64,000 bases of DNA from the NCBI GenBank assembly GCA_963702475.1, contig CAVPCT010000004.1, forward strand, positions 64,001 to 128,000. The letters run 5' to 3'. The position numbers and the translations under genes were made by a program. Each line of letters starts with the position of its first letter. The first letter of the stretch is position 1. A model generated the notes under the pieces. That model made no database searches. It worked only from the letters and a program-made list of their open reading frames with translations, and had not been told where the DNA came from. Source of the stretch: an uncultured Thermoleophilia bacterium. GTDB lineage: Bacteria; Actinomycetota; Thermoleophilia; UBA2241. Positions 20,483 through 30,592 of the stretch are shown here, in pieces.

Positions 20483-21925
20483 CTACTGCATCAGGGCGGC
20501 GTCCGCGCGCGCGACGACGTCGTTCAGCGCGCGGACCGTGTCCTCCGGCAGGTCGAGCGGAGCCAGACCCTGCCGCAGCTCACGGTATTTCTCGGCGGCG
20601 CGCTCGTAGAGGTCCGGCGCGCCTGCGTTCTGCCACGTGTCGAGCGGGTCGGCCACGAAGATGTCCGGACGCGCGGCTCCGCGGCAGTGCTTCAGCGTGT
20701 GCCGCGCCCGCAGGTAGTTGCCGCCGGCACCGGCGTCCAGGATCGCCTGCACGCCGAGCGTGTCGTCGTCCGCCGTCATCCCCGCGGTGTAGCCGCGCAC
20801 CAGCGCCGTCATGCGGTCGTCGATGATCAGCTGTGGCGGGCTGGCCAGCGTCGAACCACCCAGGCGACCGGCGCCGTACACCACGTCCGCGCCGGCCATC
20901 GCCGTGAACGCCGCGTTCATGCCCTTGGAGAACACCGTCTGGCCGTCCGACACGTACGAGTCGCTCCACAGCGACGCCGTCAGCACCGGCACCTTGAAGG
21001 CTTCGCGCATGAACTGCGCGGCGGCGGACTGCGCGAGCGCCGTCTGCACCGAGCCGAGGCTGGTGTTGCCGGTGCCCATGTCCATCGTCGAGTTGTACGC
21101 GCTCGCGAGGATGGGGTGCCCGGGCGCCAGGATCTGCGTCATCACGAGCATGGCCAACACCTCAACGCCAACCAGCAGGGCCGCGCCGGCCGGGGTGATG
21201 GGGCCGGTCCCTCCGCCCACGACCAGGCTGCACGGCGCCACAGGGATGCCGTACTTGCAGCACAGCTCGATGGTCAGCACGTCCATGTCCTTGAACACCA
21301 GCGGGCTGAGCGATGTCGGGTCGAACCAGGCCAGCGGACGCTCGCGCAGGGCCTCCTCGCTGCCCGCGCGCACGAGGAGCAGCTCGAACAGGTAGGGCAC
21401 GCTCTCCAGGCAGTAGGCGAGCAGGTTGAGGGGCTTGGACGTGTTCTGCAGCTGCACCGCCAGGGCGTGGATGTCGGCCGTCTCGGGCGGCACGTCCATG
21501 GGCGTCTGGATGGCGCACGCATCGATGTTGGGCAGCACCTCGATCAGCCGGCACCACTCGGCCCACGACTCGCACGTGACGTCCCGGAACTCCCCGGTCT
21601 CCGGGTCCAGGTACAGCATGGACTGGATGCAGCTGGAGGTGTAGAAGCCGCCGTCCGGATGCGGAAGCGTCAGGTCGTGGCGCTCGTCGCCGCCCTTCGC
21701 GACGAAGCTCGCCGGCACAGTCTTCAGCGCCGCCTCGATGACGTCACCCGGAATGCGGACCATGCGCGTCGCCTCGTCCACCTCGCAGCCGGCCTCGTGC
21801 AGCCACCCGAAGGCGCTCGGCTGGTCCACCTTCACCCCATGCCGGGAGAGGATCTCCACGCACTTCTCGTAGATGGTGGCGACTTCAGCGCCGGACAGCG
21901 GCTGGATGCTGAGGGGACCGGACAT
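20483..21925 (-). CDS. Trimethylamine methyltransferase (MttB) family protein 1, non-Pyl
   Basis: SPLVF, GGTGPITPAG, MDMGTG; Pyl-equivalent region TASL-W-SDS; 480 aa. Confidence 0.9.
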   Translation of the reverse strand: MSGPLSIQPLSGAEVATIYEKCVEILSRHGVKVDQPSAFGWLHEAGCEVDEATRMVRIPGDVIEAALKTVPASFVAKGGDERHDLTLPHPDGGFYTSSCIQSMLYLDPETGEFRDVTCESWAEWCRLIEVLPNIDACAIQTPMDVPPETADIHALAVQLQNTSKPLNLLAYCLESVPYLFELLLVRAGSEEALRERPLAWFDPTSLSPLVFKDMDVLTIELCCKYGIPVAPCSLVVGGGTGPITPAGAALLVGVEVLAMLVMTQILAPGHPILASAYNSTMDMGTGNTSLGSVQTALAQSAAAQFMREAFKVPVLTASLWSDSYVSDGQTVFSKGMNAAFTAMAGADVVYGAGRLGGSTLASPPQLIIDDRMTALVRGYTAGMTADDDTLGVQAILDAGAGGNYLRARHTLKHCRGAARPDIFVADPLDTWQNAGAPDLYERAAEKYRELRQGLAPLDLPEDTVRALNDVVARADAALMQ

Positions 21926-22051
21926 GGGGACCTCCGGGAGAGCGTTGCCGGCGATGTGGCCGATGAAAAGGTGGCGGCGGCCGGAAGACCCGCTCGTGCC
22001 GACGTTGGGGGGCCGCACGGACTACGCCAGACCGGACCGCCGCGTGATCCC

Positions 22052-22080
22052 ACCCTAGGCGCGGCCGCGCGGCGGTTCAA
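22052..22080 (-). promoter_or_regulatory. Sigma70-type promoter for MttB 1
   Basis: Minus strand TTGAAC-N17-TAGGGT. Confidence 0.55.
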
Positions 22081-22144
22081 CACCCCGGCCGCGCCCGTCT
22101 CACATGCTGGAGAGGAGAAGCACGGCGACTGACGTCCGGAGCGC

Positions 22145-22540
22145 TCAGGCGGAGTCGTCCGTAGCCAGCAGGCGTCCACGCAGTGCGTCGTCGCCGAGCT
22201 CCTCCGGCGCTTCCGTCAGCGCGGCGTGACTGGAGAGATCGACGCCGGCTGCCAGCGGCGGGCTCGTCCAGCGGTCGACCGGGTCGGCCGAGACGGCGTC
22301 GATGTGGCCGTTGAGGAGCAGGGAGCGGCCGGTGCCCGTCGGTTCGGGCTCCCAGAGATCCGTCTGCGCGCCGACAGCTTCGAGGCGGCGCTTGAGCAAC
22401 TCCTGCAGCTCCGCTCCCTGGCGCGGAGGGTCCCCCACGCTCCGCGCCGTGGTGTCCAGGAGGGCGACCAGCTCCTGCTCACCCTCGCACACGGCGGCCA
22501 CCACGCGCTCCTCGTGCGCCGCCCGCAGCTCCTCGCCCAT
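22145..22540 (-). pseudogene. Truncated, internally deleted ArgE/DapE (M20A) amidohydrolase
   Basis: GTGRSLLLNGHIDAV...WTSPP N-terminal M20 motif only; about 130 aa with a good RBS, and the downstream metal ligands are absent. Confidence 0.75.
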
Positions 22541-22717
22541 GCGTGTCTCCTCCTCCTGGACGTGATGCGGCCGCGGCCCGGACGGGCTGTCATCGAAGCT
22601 CAACATATCTCAGGAAGTGTTCACCCCGGCCTCAGCTTGGGTTCACGAGAGTCTGAGAGGCTCTGCGCGCAGACCGGGCGCCGCGACCGGCGCCATCAGC
22701 GTGAGACGGAGGTCCCG

Positions 22718-23059
22718 ATGCTCACCACCTTCGAAGCACTCGGCAAGGACGGACTGGCTGTCAGCGTCTTCGGCGACCTGTCCCGAAAGGACACAGCCGC
22801 GCTGCAGGAGCGGCTCTTCACCTACGTGGACATGGGCTTCAGGCGCACCTTCGTGGACATGAGTCATTGCCGGCTGCTGGACTGGAGCGGCCTCGACGTG
22901 CTCATCGAGACGGCGCGGCGCGCCGACGGACGCGAGGTCGCGGTCCTCTCGCCCACGCGCGAGCTCCGCAGGATCCTCGAGGCCACAGGCCTCAGCGTCG
23001 CGCTGCCGATCTACACGTCGCGCGACGAGGCGCTGCGGCGCGACCTCGCGGTGGCGTGA
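22718..23059 (+). CDS. STAS domain anti-sigma factor antagonist-like protein
   Basis: VFGDL...VDMSHCRLLDWSGLDVLI...RRILEATGL...IYTSRDEAL; 113 aa; GGAGG RBS. Confidence 0.85.
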   Translation: MLTTFEALGKDGLAVSVFGDLSRKDTAALQERLFTYVDMGFRRTFVDMSHCRLLDWSGLDVLIETARRADGREVAVLSPTRELRRILEATGLSVALPIYTSRDEALRRDLAVA

Positions 23060-23136
23060 CGCGAGCACACGGCCGCCGCGCGGAGGCGACGCGAAGCCTG
23101 CCGTGACGGTCCGGCCGGCCGGCCGCCGGAGAGAGC

Positions 23137-24651
23137 TCAGTCCGCGAGCGCCGTCAGCAGCGCGCCGCCCCTGACGAGCTCGAGGGCCGCGGCGATGTCG
23201 CCCTCGAGCGGACGGTCCTCGTCGAGGTGCGCGACGCAGCCGCGAAGCAGGCCGTAGGCCCTCGCCGTACGCGGCCCCGGCGCGCAGCCGCGCAGCTCGA
23301 TGCCCTGGCAGGCGCAGAGCAGCTCGATGGCGAGCACCGTCTGCGCGTTCTCGAGGATCTCCGCTGCGTGGCGCGCCGCTATGGTCCCCATGCTGACGTG
23401 ATCCTCCTGGTTGGCGGAGGTCGGGATGGAGTCGACACTGGCCGGGTGCGCCAGCACCTTGTTCTCACTCACGAGCGCGGCCGCCGTGTAGTGGGCGACC
23501 ATGAAGCCGTCGTTCAGGCCGCCGTCGCGGACGAGGAAGGCCGGCAGGCCGCCGCTCAGCGCCGGGTTCACGAGGCGCTCGACGCGGCGCTCCGAGATGC
23601 TCGCCAGCTCGGCGACGGCGATGCCCAGGAAGTCGAGCGCCAAGGCGAGTGGCTGGCCGTGGAAGTTGCCGCCGGAGAGGATGGCCGGAGCCGTCGGGTC
23701 GGGCGCGAAGACGAGCGGGTTGTCCGTGACCGAGTTCAGCTCGGTCTCAAGGACGCCGCGCACGTAGGCGACGGCGTCACGTGAGGCCCCGTGCACCTGC
23801 GGCATGCAGCGCAGGGCGTAGGCGTCCTGGACGCGGCCGTGGGAAGAAGCCAGCACGGCCGGGCTGTCTGCAAGCAGCCTGCGCAGGTTCGCGGCCGTCC
23901 GGATCTGCCCGGCGTGCGGCCGCGTCGCGTGCAGGCGCTCGTCGAACGCATCGGGGACGGCCTCAAGCGCCTCGGCCGTGAGCGCGCCGATCACGTCGGC
24001 GGTGTCGAGCAGGCGCGCCGCGTCGAAGACGGCCAGCGCGCCGAGCGCCGCCATGGCCTGCGTGCCGTTACAGAGCGACAGCCCCTCCTTGGCGGCCAGT
24101 CTGACCGGCGCAATGCCTGCCGCGAGCAGCGCCTCGTCGCCGGCCATCGTGCGGCCGGCGAAGCGCGCGCGGCCCTCGCCCATCAGCACGAGGGCGATGC
24201 GGGCGAGGGGGGCGAGATCGCCGGAGGCGCCCACCGAGCCCTTGCTCGGCACGACGGGCAGCACGCCGCGTTCGAGCATCGCCACCAGCGTCTCGGGGAT
24301 CACCGGACGCACGCCCGAGCACCCGGCGACGAGCGAGTTGGCGCGCAGCAGCAGCATCGCCCGCACGACCTCGTCGGGGAACGGCGGGCCGACGCCGGTA
24401 CAGCAGCTCGTCACCAGGTGACGCTGAAGCAGCTCCACGTCCTCGTCGCCGATGCGCACGCCGGCCAGGCTGCCGAAGCCCGTGTTGACGCCGTACACGG
24501 GCTCGCCGCGCCGCAGGCAGTCCTCGACCACGGCTCGGCTCGCCTCCATTCGCGGATAGCTCTCCGGCGCGATGGTCACCGGCTCGCCGCCGCGCGCCAC
24601 GCGCACGACGTCGTCGATCGACAGACTGCGGCCGTCGAGGCGGACCGTCAC
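23137..24651 (-). CDS. hutH: Histidine ammonia-lyase paralogue with altered specificity loop (Ser-Cys)
   Basis: YGVNTGFG, GSVGASGDLAPL (MIO), QDAYALRC, SGGNFHG, NQEDHVSMG. Has LVTSCCTG instead of LVRSHAxG. Confidence 0.9.
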   Translation of the reverse strand: MTVRLDGRSLSIDDVVRVARGGEPVTIAPESYPRMEASRAVVEDCLRRGEPVYGVNTGFGSLAGVRIGDEDVELLQRHLVTSCCTGVGPPFPDEVVRAMLLLRANSLVAGCSGVRPVIPETLVAMLERGVLPVVPSKGSVGASGDLAPLARIALVLMGEGRARFAGRTMAGDEALLAAGIAPVRLAAKEGLSLCNGTQAMAALGALAVFDAARLLDTADVIGALTAEALEAVPDAFDERLHATRPHAGQIRTAANLRRLLADSPAVLASSHGRVQDAYALRCMPQVHGASRDAVAYVRGVLETELNSVTDNPLVFAPDPTAPAILSGGNFHGQPLALALDFLGIAVAELASISERRVERLVNPALSGGLPAFLVRDGGLNDGFMVAHYTAAALVSENKVLAHPASVDSIPTSANQEDHVSMGTIAARHAAEILENAQTVLAIELLCACQGIELRGCAPGPRTARAYGLLRGCVAHLDEDRPLEGDIAAALELVRGGALLTALAD

Positions 24652-24710
24652 CTCACGCTCCCGTTCGACGAGGCGGATGGCCCCCGCACCTGCGTCTCAG
24701 GCTCCCCTGT

Positions 24711-25595
24711 TCACACGTTCATCTCGATGGTCTGCGCCATCGAGAACTCGTGGATCTGCAGGTAGTAGCGCACGACCTCCTGGATGGCGCCGAGCGGCAC
24801 GGGGCCGACCAGCTCGGCGCTCGCCACGCTCACGCCGTACCGCCTGGCCTCGGCCCTGATGGCCTCCATCACGCGCGGGATCGGCGTCTGCGTGTAGTTC
24901 GTCAGGTTCATCGACACCTGGATCATTCCGGTGCCGGTGACCTCGAGGCCGATGGCGCGCACGAAGCGGAAGCCGCCGTTGAGGTGGCGTACGGCGTGGG
25001 CGATCTGCGTCGCGATCTGCAGGTCGTCGGTGCGCAGGTTCACGTTGAAGGCGACCAGGGGGAACCGCGCCGACACCTGCGTCGCCCCCGACTTCGGCAC
25101 GAACTCGGCGGGCCCCTCGTCCGGCTTCCAGAAGGGGTCCTTCATCTTCTCGGGGAGCGCCTCGTACTGACCCTCGCGCACGTCCACGAGGTTGCGGCGC
25201 TCGGGACGCGTGGCGGCGTCCTCGTAGTAGTAGACCGGTACGCCGCGGTCCCCCAGCCACTTGCCGAAGTCCTTGGCGACGGCCACGGCCTCTTCGGTCG
25301 TGGTGTCTCCCACCGGGATGAACGGCACGGTGTCGAGAGCTCCGTTGCGCGGGTGCCCGCCGGTGTGCTTCGTCATGTCCACGGCGTCGATGACCGCCGC
25401 GGCGAACACCTTGGTCGCGGCGAGCACAGCGTCGATCTCGCCCAGATACGAGTACACGGAGCGATTGTGGTCGCCGTCGGCGGAGAGGTCGATGAGCTTG
25501 ACTCCGGGCTGGCCGCGGATGACCTCGGCCAGACGGTCGACGGTCGCCTGGTCGCGGCCCTCGCTGACGTTGGGCACGCACATCAGGATCTTCAT
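24711..25595 (-). CDS. ftcD: Glutamate formiminotransferase
   Basis: CVPNVSEGRD, DHNRSV, HPRNGALD, LVAFNVNL, QVSMNL. Confidence 0.95.
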   Translation of the reverse strand: MKILMCVPNVSEGRDQATVDRLAEVIRGQPGVKLIDLSADGDHNRSVYSYLGEIDAVLAATKVFAAAVIDAVDMTKHTGGHPRNGALDTVPFIPVGDTTTEEAVAVAKDFGKWLGDRGVPVYYYEDAATRPERRNLVDVREGQYEALPEKMKDPFWKPDEGPAEFVPKSGATQVSARFPLVAFNVNLRTDDLQIATQIAHAVRHLNGGFRFVRAIGLEVTGTGMIQVSMNLTNYTQTPIPRVMEAIRAEARRYGVSVASAELVGPVPLGAIQEVVRYYLQIHEFSMAQTIEMNV

Positions 25596-25622
25596 GCTGG
25601 ACTCCTTGAGGAGAGGGCTGAC

Positions 25623-26222
25623 TCAGCAGCGCCCGCGGAGCTCCTCGGCCTCCCGGAGCAGCGCCACGGCGCGCTCACCTTCCAGCATCGACACGTTGAC
25701 GTCAATATTGCCGGCGCACCCGACGACGCCGGCGCGAGCCAGCTCGAGGGCTACAGCCAGGTCGGAGGCGGCGGCCGCGTTGGACCTGCCGGCGAGCTCG
25801 CGACACAGGTCCAGGACCCGAGCGCAGGCGCCGGCGTTGTCGCGGGGGACCTCGGCGGCGGCGATGAGTGCGTCGTAGATCGCCGCACCGCGAACATCCT
25901 TCTCCTCGTCGGTGGCCTTGGGCAGGGCGTACGCCGACCTGATGAGGCCGTAGGCGGCCGCGTCCTCGGCCGCGCCGGCCGCGAGCTGCTCGCACAGCCG
26001 CGCGGCCTCCGCGGCAACCGACCCGTAGCGCTCGTCGCCGAGGTCGAGGTCCTTGCCGGCGGAGAGGCTGGCCACCATGCCGAGCAGGCCGGCCGCCATG
26101 GCTCCTGCGAAGGCGGCGGCGGAGCCGCCGCCCGTAGTGGCCTCGCCGGCGTCCAGGATGCGGGACAGGACGGGCTGGAGCGAGGCGATCAGTTCGCTGG
26201 GGTGGGTGCTGTCGTCTGGCAT
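25623..26222 (-). CDS. Formiminotetrahydrofolate cyclodeaminase family protein
   Basis: GGGSAAA, AYALPK, AAEVP, SDL, NIDVN. Confidence 0.88.
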   Translation of the reverse strand: MPDDSTHPSELIASLQPVLSRILDAGEATTGGGSAAAFAGAMAAGLLGMVASLSAGKDLDLGDERYGSVAAEAARLCEQLAAGAAEDAAAYGLIRSAYALPKATDEEKDVRGAAIYDALIAAAEVPRDNAGACARVLDLCRELAGRSNAAAASDLAVALELARAGVVGCAGNIDVNVSMLEGERAVALLREAEELRGRC

Positions 26223-26265
26223 GAAGCCTCCGTTCGGGCCGTGACGGCCGCACGGCCGCGCCGGC

Positions 26266-27564
26266 TCACCGCGTCGTGGCGCGGCCGCGCTCCGCGACCA
26301 GCCGGCCGCGCTTGTAGACCTGCTCGACCACGCTGCTTCCAAGCCGGTACACAGCGTGTTCGTACTGCGGCACGTCCCAGACCTGCACGTCGGCGAGCCT
26401 GCCGGGCGCGAGCACGCCGCGGTCGTCGAGCGCCAAGGCGGCCGCGCCTCCGGCGGTCGCTGCCCACAGCGCTTCACCCGGGCTCATGCGGTACAGCCGG
26501 CAGGCCAAGGCCATCACGAACTGCTGAGACTCGGCCCAGCAGCCGGGGCACAGGTCGGTCGCCAGCGCCAGCGTCATGCCCGCGTCGATGAGAGCCCGGG
26601 CGTCGAACGGCCGCGGGTGGTGCACGGCGAAGTCCAGGGCCGGCATGATCACGCCGATCACGCCGACCTCGGCCATCTTGCGCATGACCTCCGGCGGGGT
26701 GAAGTTGAGGTGATCGGCCGAGACCATCTTCATCTCGGCTGCGAGATCGGTGCCGCCGATGTACGAGTAGGCGTCGGCGTGGATCTTGAGCTTCATGCCG
26801 TGGGCGCGGCCTGCTTCGAGCACGCGCCGCGACTGCTCCTTGTCGTAGTAGCCGTCGTCGGTCCACACGTCGCAGAAGGTCGCGAGGCCTTCGTCCGCGA
26901 CCAGCGGCGTCATCTCCTCGCAGACGATGTCGATGTAGCGCTCGCGCGACACCTCCGGGGCGAAGCCGTGAGCGCCGAGGAACGTCGAGAGCACGTCGAC
27001 GGGCGACTGCTCGTCGAGCGCCTTGTTCACGCGGAGCATGTCGAGCTCGGTGTGCGTGGCGAGGCCGTAGCCGCTCTTGCTCTCCACAGTGGTCGTACCG
27101 GCGGCGAGCATGCCGGTCAGACGCGCCGCCGACTCGCCCAGGAGCTGCTCGAAGGTCGCCGCGCGCGTGCGCTGCACCGTTTCCATCGGGCCGACGCCGA
27201 GGCCGCGGGCGCGAAGCCGCTCGCGGACCTTCTCGACGTCGGGCTCGGTCATCTTCGCCGCGTACTCGTCCACACGCGAGCCGGCGAAGACGAGGTGCGT
27301 GTGGCAATCGACGTAGCCGGGCGCCACGACCTTGCCGGCGCAGTCGACCACGTCGGCGGCGGAGCAGTCGCAGGCCGCCTCGACGGTCGCGCGGCCGCCG
27401 GCCGCCAGGATGGTCTCGCCGGCGACCGCGAGCCAGCCGCCGGCGACGACGTCGACGTCGTACACGTCGCCGGCACAGCGCACGAGCTGCGCCGCGTCCT
27501 TGAAGACGAGGCCGGCCTGCGGGCGGGGGGAAGCGCCCGCGGGCCGGCTGTGGTCAGCATCCAT
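26266..27564 (-). CDS. hutI: Imidazolonepropionase-like amidohydrolase (divergent)
   Basis: DCHTHLVFAGSR, GTTTVESKSGYGL, TFLGAH, KIHAD, SADHL, ATD. Confidence 0.9.
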   Translation of the reverse strand: MDADHSRPAGASPRPQAGLVFKDAAQLVRCAGDVYDVDVVAGGWLAVAGETILAAGGRATVEAACDCSAADVVDCAGKVVAPGYVDCHTHLVFAGSRVDEYAAKMTEPDVEKVRERLRARGLGVGPMETVQRTRAATFEQLLGESAARLTGMLAAGTTTVESKSGYGLATHTELDMLRVNKALDEQSPVDVLSTFLGAHGFAPEVSRERYIDIVCEEMTPLVADEGLATFCDVWTDDGYYDKEQSRRVLEAGRAHGMKLKIHADAYSYIGGTDLAAEMKMVSADHLNFTPPEVMRKMAEVGVIGVIMPALDFAVHHPRPFDARALIDAGMTLALATDLCPGCWAESQQFVMALACRLYRMSPGEALWAATAGGAAALALDDRGVLAPGRLADVQVWDVPQYEHAVYRLGSSVVEQVYKRGRLVAERGRATTR

Positions 27565-27629
27565 TGTCATCCTCAACGTTGACGTCCGCTAGGGACGGCG
27601 ACGGCCCGGGCCGCGCTCAACTACGTCGT

Positions 27630-29347
27630 TCATTCCTTCAGGTCCCGCGGCCCGAAGGTCGCTTTGGGCGTCCACCACAGCGGCACCTTGATGCCTTCGT
27701 CGGTCAGCGGGCCCTGGCCGTTGGCCACGTCCCTGGCCGCCTGGTAGCCGGCCTGCGCATGGCGGATGACGCCGATGCCGGAGTCCACCGTGAGCGACAC
27801 CGACAGACGCAGGTCGGCCTCGTCGGTGCCGTCCGCGATCATCGTGACGCCGGTATGGACGGCCTCGCCCATCGAGTAGTTGGCCTGGCCGGCGATGAGG
27901 TCGGCCATGCCGCAGGAGTTCAGCAGGCCGTTCAGCACCGGCCAGTCGCTGATGAGGTCGCCGCCGTCGGCCATGTTCTCGGACTCGAACGTCGGGTTCA
28001 CAATGCTGCCGGAGTCGAGATTGTCGCGCGAGAACGCGACCGGGCCCTTCACCTCGCCCTTGCGGATGAGGTCGTTCACGGCCAGACCGAACTTCTTGCG
28101 CTGGCCGAAGCCCAGATAGCAGATGCGCGCCGGCAGGGCCTCGATGGGGATGTGCTCGCGCGCCAGCGTGATCCAGCGCGTCACCAGCAGGTCGTCGGCG
28201 AACAGCTCGAGGCACAGGTCGTCGAGCCGTGCCAGGTCGCTCGCCTCGCCGCTCACGCAGGTCCAGCGGAACGGGCCACGGCCTTCGCAGAAGAGCGGCC
28301 GGATGTACTCGCTCACGAAGCCGGGGATCGTCATGGCCTCGGCCTCGGGCATGCCGGCGTCGCGGCACTCCTTGCGGATGCTGGTGCCGTACTCGAACGT
28401 CGGCACCCCGGCCGCGAAAAACCTGTTCATCACGCGAAGCTGGGCCGTCATCGTCTCCCGCGCGCGCCGCAGGTACTCCTCGCGGTGCTCCACGCGCAGC
28501 ACGTCGGCCTCCTGTGGCGTCAGGCCGGCCGGGATGTACGAGATGGGGTCGTGGCAGGGGCACATCTCGGTGACGATGTCCGGGCCGGAAGCCCTTGTCG
28601 TAGGCCTCGGAGAACAGCTCCGCTGCGTTGCCGACCACGGCGATGCCGAGCGGCTTGCTTTTCGGCGGCGGTCTTCCTCGCCAGTTCGATGGCCTCGTCC
28701 AGCGAGCCGACCTTGCAGTCGATGAATCTCTTCTCGATGCGACGGTCGATCACGCGCTCGTCTGCGTCCACCACGATGCCCACGCCGCCGTGCATCGTCA
28801 TGGCGCGCGTCTGGTTGCCGCCCATGCCGCCGGCGCCGGCCGTCAGCAGGATGCGCCCCACGAGCGAGTCGTCGTAGCACTTGCGAGCGATGGCGGAGAA
28901 CGTCTCGAACGTCCCCTGGATCACGCCCTGCGTGCCGATGTACTCCCACGGCCCGGCGGTGTATTGCGCGAACATCGTGAGGTTCTTGTCCTGCAGGTCG
29001 TAGAAGATCGGCCACGTCGCCTTCATGATGTTGGTGTTGGCCATCACCACGCGCGGGGCGAGCCTGTGCGTCTCGAAGACGGCCACCGGCATGCCCGACT
29101 GCACCACCAGGGTCTCGTCGTCCTCGAGCTCCTTGAGCGCGTTGACGATGGCCCAGTACGACTCCCAGTTGCGCGCGCACTTGCCGATACCGCCGTAGAT
29201 GACGAGCTCCTCCGGCTTCTCGGCGTTCTCCATGTTGTTCTCGAGCATGCGCAGGATGGTCTCCTGCTTCCAGCCCTTGCAGCGGAGCGTCGGACCGCGC
29301 TGGGCCTTCACGGAGTAGAGGATCTCGGGCTTGGAGGAGTCGGCCAT
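27630..29347 (-). CDS. hutU: Urocanate hydratase family protein (divergent), apparent frameshifts near 28660 and 28585
   Basis: YGGIGKCARNW, QSGMPV, YIGTQG, GAGGMGG, FEYG, GRGPFRW, LPARIC, RHAQAGY across three frames. Confidence 0.92.
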
Positions 29348-29480
29348 GTGGGAGCCCCTTTCGTGGATGCGGCCTGGCGAGGGTCCGGGAACGAACGCGT
29401 CCGTGGCGCGGACGCGCGGGTGACGAAGCACGCACAAGACTGACGGGGGTCGAGTCACGGTTCAACGCGGCCGGGCCGTT

Positions 29481-29496
29481 CTCCCAAATGTGGGAC
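29481..29496. promoter_or_regulatory. Operator-like palindrome between hutU and iclR
   Basis: CTCCCA-AATG-TGGGAC, 15 bp from a minus-strand TTGAAC (29460-29465). Confidence 0.55.
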
Positions 29497-29647
29497 CGGT
29501 TTTTGCGTCCGGCAGGGCGGACACGGGCCTCGCACAGCGCCGATGGGTCGCTTACAGTCCAGTATGATGGTCGCGGCGCCGGCGCGCGCAGCGCCGGACC
29601 CCGCGCAAAGCAAGGCGCGCCAATCGCGGTCAACCGACGAGGTGACG

Positions 29648-30529
29648 ATGCTCACGCACGACGACAGCGACGAGACGACCACGCCCGGTGGCGTGCCCGC
29701 GCGCTCGGCCGACCGCGCCTTCGACATCCTCGAGTACCTCAGCCGGCGCACGCAACCCGCCTCGTCCGGGACCATAGGCCTCGAGTGCGGCATCCCCAAG
29801 TCGAGCCTGCACAACCTCCTCAAGCTGATGAAGAAGCGGCGGCTCGTGACGCACCACCCGTACGACAAGACGTGGAGCCTGGGGCCGAGGGTATCGGAGC
29901 TCACCCCGGAGGCTCCTCTGCTCGTGCACGCGCTCGCCGTGCTGCGATCGTTCTCGGGCAGCGCCGGCGCGCTCACCGTCCGCGACATCTCCCAGCGCTC
30001 GGACCTGCCCCAGAACGTGGTGCAGCGCATCGTCCCCGTCATGCAGGAGGCCGATCTGCTGTGGGTCCAGCCCGACGGCAGCTACCGTCTCGGGCTGGAG
30101 CTCTTCAGCCTGGCGGCGCAGGTCGCCTGGGTGGACCGCCTGCGCGTGCTGTCGCGCCCCGTGCTCACGCAGTTGCGCGACTCCACCCGCGAGACCGCGA
30201 ACCTGGCCGTGATGGACGGCGACCAGGCCATCTACGTGGAGCAGGTCGAGAGCCGCCAGGCCCTGCGGTACGGCGGCTGGCTGGGGCGCCGCATCCCCAT
30301 CGAGGGCACCGCACTGGGCGCCGCCCTGCGCGACCCCGGCCGGGTCCACACCAAGGACGGCGCGGTCGAGGAGGGCGTCATGGCCATCGCCTGCGGCATC
30401 GAGGGCACCTTTCCGCCCGCCGCCGTGAGCCTGCTCGCCCCCAGCTGGCGCATCGAGCGCTGGGGCCTCGACTCCGCCGGCCGCCTCGTGGCCGCTTCGG
30501 CCCGGCAGCTCGCCGAGCTGCTGACCTGA
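29648..30529 (+). CDS. IclR family regulator with two tandem HTH domains
   Basis: HTH1 SADRAFDILE...PKSSLHNLL...WSLG; HTH2 ALAVLRSF...PQNVVQRIV...YRLG; then ETANL, GRRIP..TALG effector domain. Confidence 0.88.
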   Translation: MLTHDDSDETTTPGGVPARSADRAFDILEYLSRRTQPASSGTIGLECGIPKSSLHNLLKLMKKRRLVTHHPYDKTWSLGPRVSELTPEAPLLVHALAVLRSFSGSAGALTVRDISQRSDLPQNVVQRIVPVMQEADLLWVQPDGSYRLGLELFSLAAQVAWVDRLRVLSRPVLTQLRDSTRETANLAVMDGDQAIYVEQVESRQALRYGGWLGRRIPIEGTALGAALRDPGRVHTKDGAVEEGVMAIACGIEGTFPPAAVSLLAPSWRIERWGLDSAGRLVAASARQLAELLT

Positions 30530-30592
30530 CGCCGGCGCCGGGCGTGAGCCGAGGGCCACGGACGAAGCAAGCCTTGCACGGCGGACCGCTCG

